A DNA stretch of 64,000 nt, from the NCBI RefSeq assembly GCF_006345805.1, contig NC_043014.1, positions 33,356,001 to 33,420,000 on the forward strand, written 5' to 3'. The notes below the pieces were generated by a model, which worked only from the letters and a program-made list of their open reading frames with translations, did not search any database and was not told the DNA's origin. Below, piece by piece: positions 25,209 through 38,777 of this stretch. The stretch is from Octopus sinensis (taxonomy: Eukaryota). A program made the position numbers and the translations under genes. The number at the start of each line of letters is the position of its first letter. Within the stretch, counting starts at the first letter, position 1.

Positions 25209-28200
25209 TGTAACGGTTAGTTCTTCGTTGCAGTCGAGGGGTCACCAATTGTAACCGTTGGTTATTCGTTAAAGACGAGGGTCCCCAATTGTAACGGTTG
25301 TTGTTAAGGTGTTGGTTGCCAGTATGCAAGATGGAAGAAGAACAGTGATCGAAGTTTTAAAGAAATATTTATTTATCGTTACTTTATATAATGCCTTGCC
25401 CCAACGGGCAGGTGAAAAATTCGTAAAGCATGCGAAGTAAAGATAGATGTCGTAGATTTTCCTTGTATAGTTTGTGTTTGTGTTCTCGTCATTGTGTCGT
25501 AGTAAACTACAGATAGAAATGGAGTAAAGTTCTAGAGAAAAGAAAGTGAGTTAGTGAGTGAGAGAGTCGAGGTAAATTGTCTCGCATAGTCGCTGATTGT
25601 AACTATCTTTTTCCCTCTGGCCGTTTGGTCTCAAGTGGCTGCCTGCTTGTGGCCATGACTCTAGATGTCCGTTTACATTAATTGTTGCTCTCACTGACTT
25701 TGGCTTACGGAGTTATTGTTTGTATTGCTATCCAAAACCAGCCAGAAGGATAGACATATTGTTGAGAACAATAGATTCCATTGGCGGTCTGTTATCTCTA
25801 TTCTGGCTTTTGGTGGTCTAGATGAAGTTAGAAGAGTCAAGTGGCAAAGACATAATTCTGTTTAGTGAAGGCATCTGGCAAATGTAATTGCTGTCACTCA
25901 CAGAAAACTATTGTTTTACTGTGAGAAAAGTGTTGTTGAACTGTAAAGTGAAACTTGGCTATCGAAGATCGAATCCACGCCATGCCTGTATGAAGTTACT
26001 ACATCACTCCTCTTCCAGAGAGGTTCCGAGAAAGGGAAACGAACATCGAGGAAGAGAAAGAAATGCATGGCTGAGGAAATGTTTTGCATATCAGGAGAGG
26101 ATCATTAAAGTGTATACGGGACAATTTTCTATTCGGATATCAGTGTCGCTTTGCTTGCCAAAATGTGCAGTCGGTAACTGGGTAGCACAGAAAATGATTT
26201 CGGGCATGAGGACGTATCAAATTCACTGTAAAATGAGCTCAGGTGGGCGAGTGAATGTATTCTCAATCCATTATATGGTAGATCTTTCTGCGGGGTTGCA
26301 GTGTGTGAAATGCCTCGAAGCTTTTTCAGAAGTGAAATGTGTCTGGCGCTGTCGTCGTAGGTAATTGCTGAGGTTAGCAAGAACGACAGTTTAGCATGCT
26401 GGAGTGATGCGCGGGACAGGTAATTTTCTCCGTTTATTACGTGACCAAACAAGGGTCTAACAGAGGGAAATTATGTCTAACATGAGCGCAGAGCATGTGA
26501 ACATCCAACGTGCATGGAGTCGGGAAAAGAGTTGAGCTGACACAGACGTGTTGAAAAGCAAGGAAGTAGAGGCATAATAGAGGTGATCGCGCGCATGTGT
26601 GTGCAAATACGTGCGCAAAGCTGAGGCAGTAATGTTAGTGCATTGATTTCAAATACATTGTACAAGTGTTGAATATGCCAGTGATTAAAGCAGTGCTGGA
26701 TATGCCAGCTGATGCATGAGGTATTAAATGCCTTGAACGTGCAGGGGCAAAAGTGTGGCATGTTGGTGCGTTGTAAGGGACAAACAACTTTCTCTATGTA
26801 TACGTGACCGACCTAGGGTCTGACAGAGGCGAGTTGTGTCTACAAGGGCGCAGGAAGCATGGAAAACAAGCGAAAAAGGCAAGGTATCATGCATGAATGT
26901 GACAGTGTCAACATGTATGTGTGTATGAACAATACAAACATTTCCAAAATGAACGAAAAAAATACATGCAAAATGCAACGTGCGACAATGTGACTGAAAG
27001 AAAGTGGAAGTGCAAAATATGAATAATAATATAGAACATTCAAAAAGATATGCACATGAATTTAGTTGTTTTAGTGAAACGAATCGTTGCGGAATTTCTG
27101 TATCGCAGAACAAGTGCATCGCGGAATATGTACATCGCAGTATATGTGCATCGCGGAATATGTGCAAATCGTAAATAAATGAAAGTGTGCAGTACAAACA
27201 GAACAGAATAAAATAAGCAAAAATGACCAACATAGCTGAAAATAGTGTCCTCTCTTAAAAGTCTATTGCTGAAAGCGAAAAAAAAAATGTGCATGCAAAA
27301 AAACAGAGTTGCTGAGAGTCTATATGAGAGTCTTAGATACGTGCTAAAGTTCGTAGACAATGCAGGGACGAGAAGAAAAGCGTGTGTGTGCCGAAAGGGT
27401 TGCATGCGCGGGTTTCCGTATTTTCTTCGAGTTAGTTTCTGGGGATGTAGCTATCGAAATGATGCATTTATTGGCTTCCATGGTGGGCGAATTCTTTGTG
27501 CGTCGGCAGGGTTGCATTGTAGTGAAGCGCATCGTAGATTGCATTTCAGTATAGGGCTTTCTGTTGCGCGTACTGTAGTAAGTGGAACGAGTGTGCATTT
27601 TGGTGGTGACAAAGTTTAGCGACTGTTGATATGAAGACTAGTTCTTCAGTTCGAAGTCAGCAAAATGCAGCGGTATATAGCATTAGAAAGTAGTAGAAAT
27701 TGTTTTTAGACGGGGTCACCAGTGTAATCGATGGATGTGACAACTGTTCATGCGAAGGTGAAGATGAAGGCGAAGGCTGCAATTCTTTAACTCAGGGTCA
27801 CCAATTTGTAGTGGTAATGTTATAGAGAAAAGAAAGTGAAAGTAAGAGTGGTGGAACGAAACAACTGCTTCGTTGGTGAGCTACCATAGTTGTCCCTTTG
27901 TGCCTTTTCCTTTAGGGACGGCGTTTTGTTCAGCCAGACTCGGTTCTGATTTTTGCTTATAATTATCGCAAGATCGCGAGAAAGAGAGACATACCGTTAC
28001 CCAAACAATGGGTATTTTGGGAGGTCTATTGTTCTGTCAATTTAACTCCCCAGCGCATACAAAAGTTTAGCAGGGGTCAAGTGGCAAAGACATAATTCTG
28101 CTTAGCGGAGGCATCTGGCAAATGTAAATGCTGTCACTCACAAAAAAGAAAAAAAAAACCTATTGTTTACCGTGAGAAAATCTTGTTGAACTGTTAAGTG

Positions 28201-28249
28201 AAATTTGGCGATCGAAGATCTAATCCACGCCATGCCTGCATGAAGCCAC

Positions 28250-28253
<4 letters not shown>
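25209..28253 (-). mobile_element. Non-autonomous LTR retroelement (Gypsy-like) inserted in (TA)n
   Basis: 5' LTR 27807-28253 and 3' LTR 25290-26003 share ~170 bp; PPT GGAAGAGGAGTGA at 26004-26016 abuts TGTAG; PBS TGGTGACCCCG at 27711-27721; no pol ORF. Confidence 0.8.
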
Positions 28254-28295
<42 letters not shown>

Positions 28296-28297
28296 TG

Positions 28298-28704
28298 TTA
28301 AGGGAGTAGGGCAAAACGACCTGTCTCCTACATGCTCCAACTCCAAAAAGATACAAGTTGTAGTCGGGCAAGTGAAAAATACTAAAACAATGACTTCACG
28401 TTAATTGTGAATTGGGTCCAATTTCTGGATTAAAGCCATAAAAAAGACTTTTTTTCCTTCGTCAACTCAATACACGAGTATATGTATACATGTATGTATA
28501 TTCTCATGTATCGTGTTGATGAAGGAAAAACTCATTTTTGTGGCTTTAATCCAGAAATTGGACCCAATTCACAATTAACGTGATATCATTTTTTTAGTAT
28601 TTCTCACTCACCCGACTACAACTTGTGCCTTTTTACAGTTATTCGGTTGTTTCCTTGGCATTTCAAGCATGTAGGAGACAGGTCGTTTCGCCCTGATCCC
28701 TTAA
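28298..28704. mobile_element. Fold-back MITE with ~190-bp arms and TTAA flanks (Kolobok- or Harbinger-like)
   Basis: TTAA|GGGAGTAGGGCAAAACGACCTGTCTCCTACATGC ... GCATGTAGGAGACAGGTCGTTTCGCCCTGATCCC|TTAA; near-palindromic throughout. Confidence 0.9.
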
Positions 28705-28715
28705 TATAATTACAC

Positions 28716-28757
<42 letters not shown>

Positions 28758-29039
28758 CACACACACACACACACACACACTCACACACACACGCACATAT
28801 ATATGAGCAAAATGACCCCCGTCCAATGGACGGTGCTGAGTTGTCAAACATTTAAACCAAATTTTCTCAAAACAACTTGTCCGACCGTCCCATAGGTCTT
28901 CCCTTTGAGAAACACTGATTTAACTTAAATTTGAGACACCAGCAAAAGAAGAAATAAAGATAAAAATTTTTTCTATTCCAAAGAAAAACGATTTTATTCA
29001 CACAAATATGTGACCGAAGAGTTTAAAGTACCAGTAATG

Positions 29040-29353
29040 ATAAGGCTGTTGACTGGGAGAACACAAACATGGTTTAAACAGTAATCTTGGCAGGAAAGAA
29101 ACTTGACTTTAAGCAGTACAGAAACAACAAAAAATGGAAGGTGTAGTTATGTACAGGTTGACGGAACAAAAGCAGGACAAAAACGGCTTTATCGATCGTA
29201 GTCTCACCTGGAATCGATTTTTGTAATTTTTTCAAGACTTATTTACGTCCTGATACCGTCGGTATCTACATATCAAATTTGAGCGCAATCGGATGGAGGA
29301 TGCCCGAAATCCGGAAGACACACAGACAGACAGAACGGATTTTATATAAGAGA
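29040..29353 (-). mobile_element. Non-autonomous Helitron-like 5' fragment
   Basis: Minus strand begins A|TCTCTTATATAAAA..tctgtctgtctgtgtgtc..tccgattgcgctcaaatttg, the same architecture as 56727-57118. Confidence 0.55.
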
Positions 29354-29540
29354 TACACACACACGCACATATATATGAGATACACACACACGCACATATA
29401 TAAGAGATACACACACACGCACATATATATATAGTTATTAATTTAATATATATATTATCTATAAATTTTTATTTCATGCTGACTACCTGATATAATCATT
29501 AATGTGATTTTATCCTTCTATTCTATTATGAATAAATAAA

Positions 29541-29578
<38 letters not shown>

Positions 29579-31562
29579 TGTATATATATTTATATGTTTA
29601 TATATATATATGTCGATATATAGTGAACAAATGAGATCCAGAGATTCTCGGTATAGAAGATACTTAATAGCGCTCGAATGATTAGAACTTAGACTCCAAT
29701 GTCTTTACGGGGTAAAGAGTGGCTATAAGAGGAATCAAGGTGAGCATATATATATATATATATATCACAGCATATCTTTTTCGCGTCTTCTCTCCTCAGC
29801 AGCTCGTCTGTTACACCGAGGTAATCGTGTTGGTATTGTGGCGTTGGAGTACCTCGAGTTCTGCTGTAAAATTGACGCTTTGTGGCTACCATACTTATGA
29901 GTGGTAATCCAGGCGACTGATTGGACACGAATGCGTGATGCATCGCAACGCATGTGAAGTCCGAGGTCACGCACTGATTCTGACTCCGGGACTGCAATGT
30001 CCCTTGGTTCTGAGCATTTCTTCCCCACTTTACGTTTTGAGTTCAAATGCTGCCGAGGCCGACTTTGGCAATCATCCTTTCGAGATCGACCTATCCAACT
30101 CCTCCGAAATTGCTGGCCTTGTGCCAAAATTTGAAACCATATAGCTTTGAAATATGTTAGATACCCAATAATTTGAAAAGTTAGATATTCAGATACATAA
30201 TTTACCATTGATAATCTCAGCATATATTCAAGTGTAGAACAACGCAGAAGAAGCCAATAATAGTAAAGAAGTAACTACGATGGTGCATGGAATCATGGCT
30301 TCTTGCACGCCGTGACACTTGCAAAGGATTGACTGAGGATAGCGGAAGCAATATGTCAGATGTTCCGCTGTTCTGTCCCTTTAATAATTATCATGTCTCT
30401 TCGGCTGTGGACTTGTCAATCGCTAGTTATTTGGGTGTTTACGTTGTAGATATTATGATGTTTTTCAGTCTGCAGCTATACTTGACTTTTATATTACGCT
30501 TATTAAATTGCTTATGGTACATGTAGCCGGACGTGTCAGCAAGCCATCATCGATAATATCCCCAAGTCAGTGATGTTCGGACACATTTAAAAACAAAGTC
30601 GTTATAGCCATATACATTCCATCTTTAACTCCAGCATAGTGTATCTATGACTACATCAACGAATGTAATCTTCCTTTTTAAGAGGGCGCGGAATGATTTG
30701 AAGATTTGGTTGTTGTTTCTAATGGGTTGGGCGACCAAGTAGAGGCTCTCTCGTTATTCTCGTTGTTATTATTATCCCTAGATCAGAAAGAAATAATTAC
30801 CAGATTATATTAAGTAATAATAACGTGTTCATATATTTGTTTCTTTCGTGCGCTTGTTGCAAACGTGTACGAATGAATACACTTATACAATTAGAGGAGT
30901 CCGTTTTGTTGCAATCGGAGGATAAACCTCATGAGTACCTTCCCATTAGTCTCGTAGCCCTGCAAAAACTGGCGGTTGCAATCCTTCCTCCCTTGATTAA
31001 ACTATTAAAACAAACTTCAGAAGAAAAACCAGATGGCTATGAACGATCTCCTGGTCGAGAAATTTTTAATTTGTTATTGAAATAAGGAGGAAATGACACG
31101 TGAATATTTAATGAATCTGTTGATTGGCAGATTAAATATATTACCGCTGAATCACTATTGAATCTATTGATCAGTTCACAACTACTATATACGAACTTTA
31201 TTGGTTTGGTGTTGTTTAGTGGTGGTGATGACATAGATTTATTGTCATCGATTGTTTAACCCGACCATGACTATAAACTTACTTTATCGATCATTTTTGC
31301 TGTTGTTGTTTAGGTAGTAGTAGTGGGTGGTGTATAATTGCTGGTAGTTGTGCAAAGTGCTGTTGATGTAAAGTGATGATAATTGTAGTGATGGTGGTAG
31401 TGGTGGTGGTGATGGTATACCGCTTATTTTATTGTTGCTGAAAGACTGAAAGTTGCCCCCAGCGAGACAAAAGGGTACTTAAAGAAGCGGAGGACACAGG
31501 GAGGACCTACTAAAGAGCTGGATATACGACTGACAAACTTAGGTTTGAAGTATAAGAAACAT

Positions 31563-31770
31563 GTGAAGGCGCGTGGCGTAGTGGTTAGGATGTTGCATTT
31601 GCGATCGTAGTTTGATTCCCGGACCGGTCAGTGTGTTGTGTTCTTAAGCAAAACACTTCATTTCACGTTGTTCCAGTCTAATCACCTGTAAATGAGTTCC
31701 AGAAGCGCTGGAAAGTTGACCCTGCAATGAACCAGCGACCCATTCGGAGGATCGGGACGATGGGGATGGT
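31563..31770 (+). mobile_element. tRNA-derived SINE (CORE/V-like central domain)
   Basis: tggcgtagtggttagg..tttgattcc followed by gtgttcttaagcaaaacacttcatttcacgttg; related copy at 47835-48150. Confidence 0.7.
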
Positions 31771-34700
31771 ATCAGTCACTTCGATTTCCATAGCATATAA
31801 ATCGAATTAACCTTGTGTCCTAGCGCTCAAGACAAAGATATTGATTTCCTATTTTCGACCAGGATTTTACAAACACAAAATATAGTCAACAAGATTCGTG
31901 AGAACCTGAAAATATTCCAGACATATGATAGAATCATAGAACAGTGTTTTAGGCGGTGGATTGCAGAATAGTCAGAACGTTGGATTGAATACTTCGCGGT
32001 ATTTGTTCAACTCTGCGATTTGAGTCCAAATCCTACTTTCGGAATAAAAAAAATACCAATCTAGGGCGGCAGATTGATCGAACTGGTAAACAATCGGGCG
32101 ATATTTGTTCAGCTTTTTTGTTTTCTGACAGCAAAATAAGCAATGATACTGATGTTAAACTATATCGGCCCAAGTCAGCAGCTTGTATCTTGTGTGTGTG
32201 TGAATATTGTCGCCGTTTGTGTCTTCACCGAAAAATGTCTCATAACTATCTCCCTCCAAAAACACATTTGTTTTTTTCTGAAAGGCAAAATTTATGACAG
32301 GGGAGAACTGTAGCAGATTAGCTTTGTTATTATTCTGCTTTGTAATGGTAGAATCACCATTTTCCTTCTTGTTTGGGAAGGTGTTGTCTCTGTTACGTGA
32401 CACCATTGTGAATGAAGTCGAACAAAACTGGACAAAAGTCGCAGCTTTCTACTCTGTATCATTTATCTCACACTCTTTGTCTCGGTGCCTTTTACTGGAC
32501 ACAATTCTAGTAAACTTAGATAAACACTTGTAGTGTGAAGAGAGGAGACATGTATGCATAGGTAACTACTAGTTTTCTGCAAAAAATCTTGCCTAGGACC
32601 ACTAGCGTAGAGTGTGTGCCACCCGGGGCGGACCGCCCCTACCGCCACACTAGCTACGTTAGGGCTGTGTACACACATGCAGATTTGTGGCCAACTTCGA
32701 TCGGCGGAGATCCTAATGTTGAGGCAGCGAATATGGCTAAAGCCGTTAGAGCATTGGATAAAATGTCTTGTAGTATTTCTGCCAGCTCTCTGTGCTCTTT
32801 GTTCAAATCCCGCCAAGGTTAAATAATGCCGTTTATCCTTTAGAGATCGATAAATAAAGAGTAAAGCATCAGTTAAGGGTAGTGGATATGTGGAATTATT
32901 TAAGCGCCTGACAGATCACCTTGCTGGTAATTTATTAATCACTGAAGAATGAACGGTAGAGTGTTGGTCTATTTTAATTTCATTCACATTTACGATGTTT
33001 TATAAGAATATTAAATCGACTCCATTAATTGAATAATACTTTATTTTATAGGAAAAGTTTGGTTTGACAAGATTTGAAGTCAGAAGATGAAGTCGCAACT
33101 AACTGCTGCGAGACAGTTAATCCGTTGCTTTAACAGTACTATCATCCCACTAATAATAGAATTATAACAGCAATAATTTATAATAATAATGTTTAATTTC
33201 TTGGAGTCTGGATCTTATTTTCATCTGTCTCCTGTTCACCCACTATTCCTAGGAGGATCGTTGAGGTAGAATTCTCAGGCACCTCTTTCAGAACTAAAAA
33301 ACAGGAAAAGTTGAACTAGGTTTCTAACAAGAGAATTATAGGCTTCAATCAATTTCGTTGCAAAATATCAACTGTGAATTTGGCTATCACAATTGGCTAC
33401 CTTTTCACTTAGTCTTCTAGAAATATTTTGGTGGAACGGTAGAGAAAGTATAAAGAAAGAAAAAATAAACCAGTGCTTCAACCTCGTTAAAGAACGTTTC
33501 AATCTTCCAAAAAGTAGTTTGTAACATAGGCATGGGATCAAAATGTATAGGAAAGGAGTGTAGACGATAATATAGACCCAAGTATTAAACTGGTACTTTA
33601 TTTCATCAATCCCGCAAAGGATAAAATGTGTAGTCAACCAGAAAACGTTAAAATGCAATGAAATACCAATAAATATTTTTTCATTCAATATCGATCCTCT
33701 TATCGCTTTATCGAACCGAAATATACTGAAGAATATTCAAAATTCTTCTAATACAAATCGACAGTTAGTAGAGAACAGATGTGAAGGCCCGAGTATCATC
33801 TCTCTCTTGCTGTTGGACGTTCCCAGCGTTTATTTCATTCCATATAACGAATATTTGAACGGTAACGCTGTCTATGTTTGGTGGTGATTTGTGAACGAGG
33901 ATCCATTTAACGGGGGGAAGTCAAAATGAGGGAAAAATTTTACCCGACCAAAGTTTATCCTTCAAAATCATCTTATTTCTTACGTAAGAGTATTATTGGT
34001 GCCAAGGAAACTGGAAACTCTTGGGAAAAATGTATACCAGTAAGATTTTTATTATTATCATTATTATTATCATTATTAAGAGGCTGATTGATGGTAGACG
34101 CGGTCAACTGATGGATTAAACAGCTCGCTGTATTTAGTTCGAACTTAACCATTCGTCATTATGTCATAAAAAAATTTATCAGTTGATCTATAGATAAAAT
34201 ATCTTGCTGTATTTGGTTACATATTTTTATGCTCTGAGTTCCAATCCTACCAAAGTCGACTTCGTCTTTCGTCCTTCTGGAGTCGACAAAATAAAGTACC
34301 GGATATGTGTTGTCTTAATCAGCTGTTCCCTCCCCTAAAATTTTTGACTTTATGCCAATGTTAGAATTTATTACTATAAAGGCAACGTACCAGCAGAAAC
34401 GATAGAGCGTCGGACAAAATAGCTTGCGGTATTTTCCGGCTCTTTACGTTCTGAGTTCAAATCCCGCTGATGTTGATTTCGACTGTTTCCTTTCCGGGGT
34501 CGATAAAATAAAGTACCAGCCAAGTACTGGAATCAATATAGTCATTTCCGGTTTGTGCCTATGTTAAAAATTGTTAACATTATGAAAGAAAGGTAGACTG
34601 GCAAGCTGTTTAAGTTCTGAGTTCAAATGCTGCTGTGGTCGATTTTGATTTTCATCCTTCCGGGGCTGTTAATATAAAGCTTTACTAAAGTATTGGGGTC

Positions 34701-35026
34701 GATATCATTGACTGTTCCTTGTCCGTAAAATTTCTGGCCTATGCAATTATAGAAATTATTGTTATTATCATTATTGCGCAGAATTGTGAAGAGGTAAGCG
34801 GGTTAACAGAGTAACAAACTGTTGAGTGAAGACCCGATGGTTCATTGCTTAACCTACATAACTACAAATAAATGCGACGGGTATTGCTACATGCGTTATT
34901 AGGGAACATAGTTTAGCTAATGAACAAGATGGGTTTCTGTGATCTAAAGATGATATACTAATGGGTTCTCACCTATGACACTGTGGACAGAATATGAGAA
35001 TCTCGCAAAGAAATCGTATTGTTTAA

Positions 35027-35057
<31 letters not shown>

Positions 35058-35639
35058 GATTTTTCATCGCTCAGAGTGTCTTCCCAGCATCTACGGCAAA
35101 GAAACTCATTGTATACATTGATAGGCTATTAAAATAAACACTCCAGATTGTTCATTTACAAAATCGAAGTTATTCTTTCATTGGTTTCAGCAAAAGGCGG
35201 GGGTCATGCTGGATCACCGCCTTTAAAGATAAGTTGCGTAGAAAAAAAATTATTTACATGAATGATCATCATTCTCGCAGCGACAAAGCCGGCAGAATCG
35301 TTAGCACTCCAGACAAAGTGCTTAGCGGCATTTCGTCGGTCTTTTCGTTCTGAGTTCAAGTTCCGCCGAGCAACGGAGTCGATGTAATCGACCAGCCACT
35401 CAAACAACTATTCTCAGGTCTTCACACTCGCGCTCGCGTACACTCATACACATAGACATACAAAGCAACACCATATACTTACATATATACATGCATGTAT
35501 CTTATCATACATAATGCATACGCGCATACACATGCGCACGTACGCACGCACACACAAACACACACACACATACATGCAAATGGACATATTTATATTTTAC
35601 TTTGCCTATGACAGCCCATCAAAGTGATGACAGCGTCGA

Positions 35640-36260
35640 TCCAAGACATTCATCCTCCTCCCCTAGCACATTGTTTCTCATGGGAGCGGACGTGGCTGAC
35701 AAGACCGATGCGAGATAGGTAGATCCCGAGGCCCTGAGGTCACTGAAAATGACCCCGAACAACAGTTGCAGGGAGCTGACGACGACGTCTCCTTCCTCTC
35801 TTCATGCAGTCTCCTGCGTTCGGTTTCCAGCATCACACACGGAGTTACATGTCTTCTGATTAATAACCAGGGGCTCCAGCGATTGGATGGGGGCGCATTT
35901 CATAAAATGAGAGATCACTTGAGATGATCATCATGAAAAAAAAGTTTTGGATTTCCATGAGGCCTACTTGCAGTCTCGATCTCGCTGAGGAGGATCATCT
36001 TAGCGAGACAGCTACCTGGCATCTGAATCACATGGCTAATCCAGCGGAGAAGACGACGAAAGATGCTGGCCTCAACGCTGTTGATCCCAGCCCTCGAAAG
36101 GATTTCGGTATGAAGTACCTTGTCCTTCCACGTGAGACTGAGGATACTTTGGAGCGATCTGAGAAGGAGCGTTTTCAATTGTCTGATTTGGCGCCGATAA
36201 AGGGTCCAGCATTCAGATCCGTACAGGACGGTGGATACACAAACCTCTGGATAAGCAGAG
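35640..36260 (-). mobile_element. RTE (BovB-like) LINE 3' fragment
   Basis: STVLYGSECWTLYRRQIRQL..ILSLTWKDKVLHTEILSRAG..LRWISHVIQM. Confidence 0.9.
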
Positions 36261-36599
36261 ATTTTTGTACTTACATACTTGTACGCACGCACGCACGCAC
36301 GCACGCACGCACATAAACACACATATACACATATTAATTCATACCAAAAAATATGAATACATTTATACATATGCACATACATACATTCACATTTTCTCCT
36401 GCTGTGTCAGTGGAGGTAGAGGCAGTGGGAAAACAAGTGGCGCACCAAGAGTGTGTGCCACCCCGGACTGCCCTTGAGTTTGCCGCTTCGTGCTTTGTAG
36501 CATCCATGGCATGATGTTATGATGTGTATGAGTAATCCAAGTCAACTCTCTTGCCATCTTTTGTGACGTTTCAGTCCCGCTCTGCTGAAGCAAGCTCTC

Positions 36600-38605
36600 A
36601 CACATTCTTCGCACGTTAGCTCACTATGCTCATTAACATTTCCTGGGAATATCATGTTCACACCTTTTCTAGAATTCCTTTTCGACTTATCTTCGGGCTA
36701 TTTCGAAGTTCTCACTTCCGTTATATACTGCTTTACTCTATTTTGCAGGGCTAGTTGCAATTTCTTCCTGTTCCTTTTTCGAGATGTTAGCTTTCTTCGA
36801 CGCTGTTTTTACACAGTTCTTGCACCTCAGCTTAGATCTATGAGGTGGACGCTTTCCATTCCTCAGCTCACCATGTAAGAGTTGCTTCGGAGTTCTGCAG
36901 TCTTCCATTCTCATTAAGTGACGCCCTCATTGGCGTCGGTGCTGCCAAATGATTAACTCAGTACTTTGACAGTGACTTCTTTCAAAAACTTCAACATTAC
37001 TCACGTACATTTTCCAACGCAGGTCCAAGATACGATGTAGACACTACTGGTTGGAGCGCTCCAGCTATAACAGATGTTTTCAGTAAGTTACCGATGCCTC
37101 ACAAGCGTACAACAGGGAGGTAACACACGTCGTATAAATTTTCATTTCAGTATCAATAGAGCTACCATGTTGAGACCACAGACGTTTTCCCTGATTCTAA
37201 GCCTGATTTCATTGTCAAGGGTGATGCCAAGATACACAAACCTCTCCACAACTTGAAGCTTCTAATTATACAAAAGGATATTTGGCTCCACGTATTGCAC
37301 TCAGGCTGATATAAGACAACAGTTTCGTCAGGCCTAGCGAAGAACAAGCATTAGAGAAGGGGTTCATATGTCGCATATCTTCTTGGGTGTGAGCAAAGAG
37401 ATCGCTGTCGTCTGCATAGAGAAATTCTTTCAAGAATGAGGACATGACTTTTGAATCTGCGCTGAGGCATCTTATGTTGAAATGTTTCCCAAACGTACGA
37501 AACCTGACATATATTCCAGATTGGACACTTATTAAAAGTCATTACAAACACCATTGTAAAATACAGTAGAAACGGTGTTGGCGCTGGAATATCGCCCTGT
37601 TTGATACCATTATTCATTAAGAGCTTCCTGTTGCTATGGAATTGACAAAGAATTGTCACAAGCTTCTTTGGACACCCGAGTTTCTTCAGCATCTTTCAAA
37701 GAGCTTCTCTGTTTACTGTGTCAAACAGATCCATTATACCTCTTGAAGGAGATAAACAACAATTTGGAGCTTCTGGAATTGGAGGCAGACTGAATGCCAT
37801 TAGCCTTAGCAGTGACGGACCCGGGGTGGGATCTGAGGGGCACGTGCCTCACTTAAGAAAAGAAGTGCGTCCTTCTAAATAATTTTATTACTCCCTTTTC
37901 TCCTGAAATTGTATTCCCTTCTGACCTTGTGCCCTTCTTTCGAAAAGTTCCTGTGACCGTGCCTGCTCAGCTCACCACCAAGATTACTGGATAGTTCTCA
38001 GCCGTCGCTAAACACGAGCAAAGTCACCTTTGAGCAAAGTTGAAAGTGCTCTCTTCTTTTCCAATAGTAGCTTGTTGACCTCCTTGTCATTTTCAAAGAC
38101 CCAATCATGGTGTTTGCATTTTGTAAGAAAAAAAAAACAGTCACGTCGGCTCAAACACTGAACACAGACTCCTTGAAGTCCCTCTAGTCAGTTTCACATT
38201 CCAGCATTTTTCTACATGCCGCACTTTGACTTCAGAATCTTTCAGGCAGTCAACAGCCAACTTCTTTGAAAGAGTAACACCATTACGTCTTACCTTTGGC
38301 TTTACCATGAACTTAACCTTTGTTCTTACGAGCCTATGGTTAGTTCAGCACTCAGCTCCACGCATTGAACGAACAAGGCGCATATTACGAGCCCTAGGCC
38401 AGCGGACAACAAAATAACCAATACAATGTCACTGTTTTGAGGCAGGATGCATTGCATCCATGTTGTCTTATACTTGTCTTTCAGTTGGAACAGTATACAA
38501 TTACAGCAGAATCATCCCATTACCATAATATTTGCCAACACCGTGTTTCCCAACAGAGTTCCATGCTTTAAAATCTCTTCTTCCTACTTACTCTTGCATT
38601 AGAAT
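36600..38605 (-). mobile_element. Decayed RTE LINE (endonuclease to RT)
   Basis: GKHGVGK, KYKTTWM, LKKLGCPKKL, GIKQGDIPAP and YADD remnants, with many stops and frameshifts; hAT-like MITE inserted at ~37810-37966. Confidence 0.8.
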
Positions 38606-38777
38606 AATCAAGGATGTTAATTTTGTCAGCTTTAAGAATCTTCCAATTTCTTTCAGAGACATGTTGGAGGAAATCTTTTCACCTTCAGACAAGTTGGAGT
38701 ATATGTACTAGTTGGTGTATACGTACTAACAAGTGTTACATAGCTGTCAATGATCATCGGAAGTTTCATGTACATAC

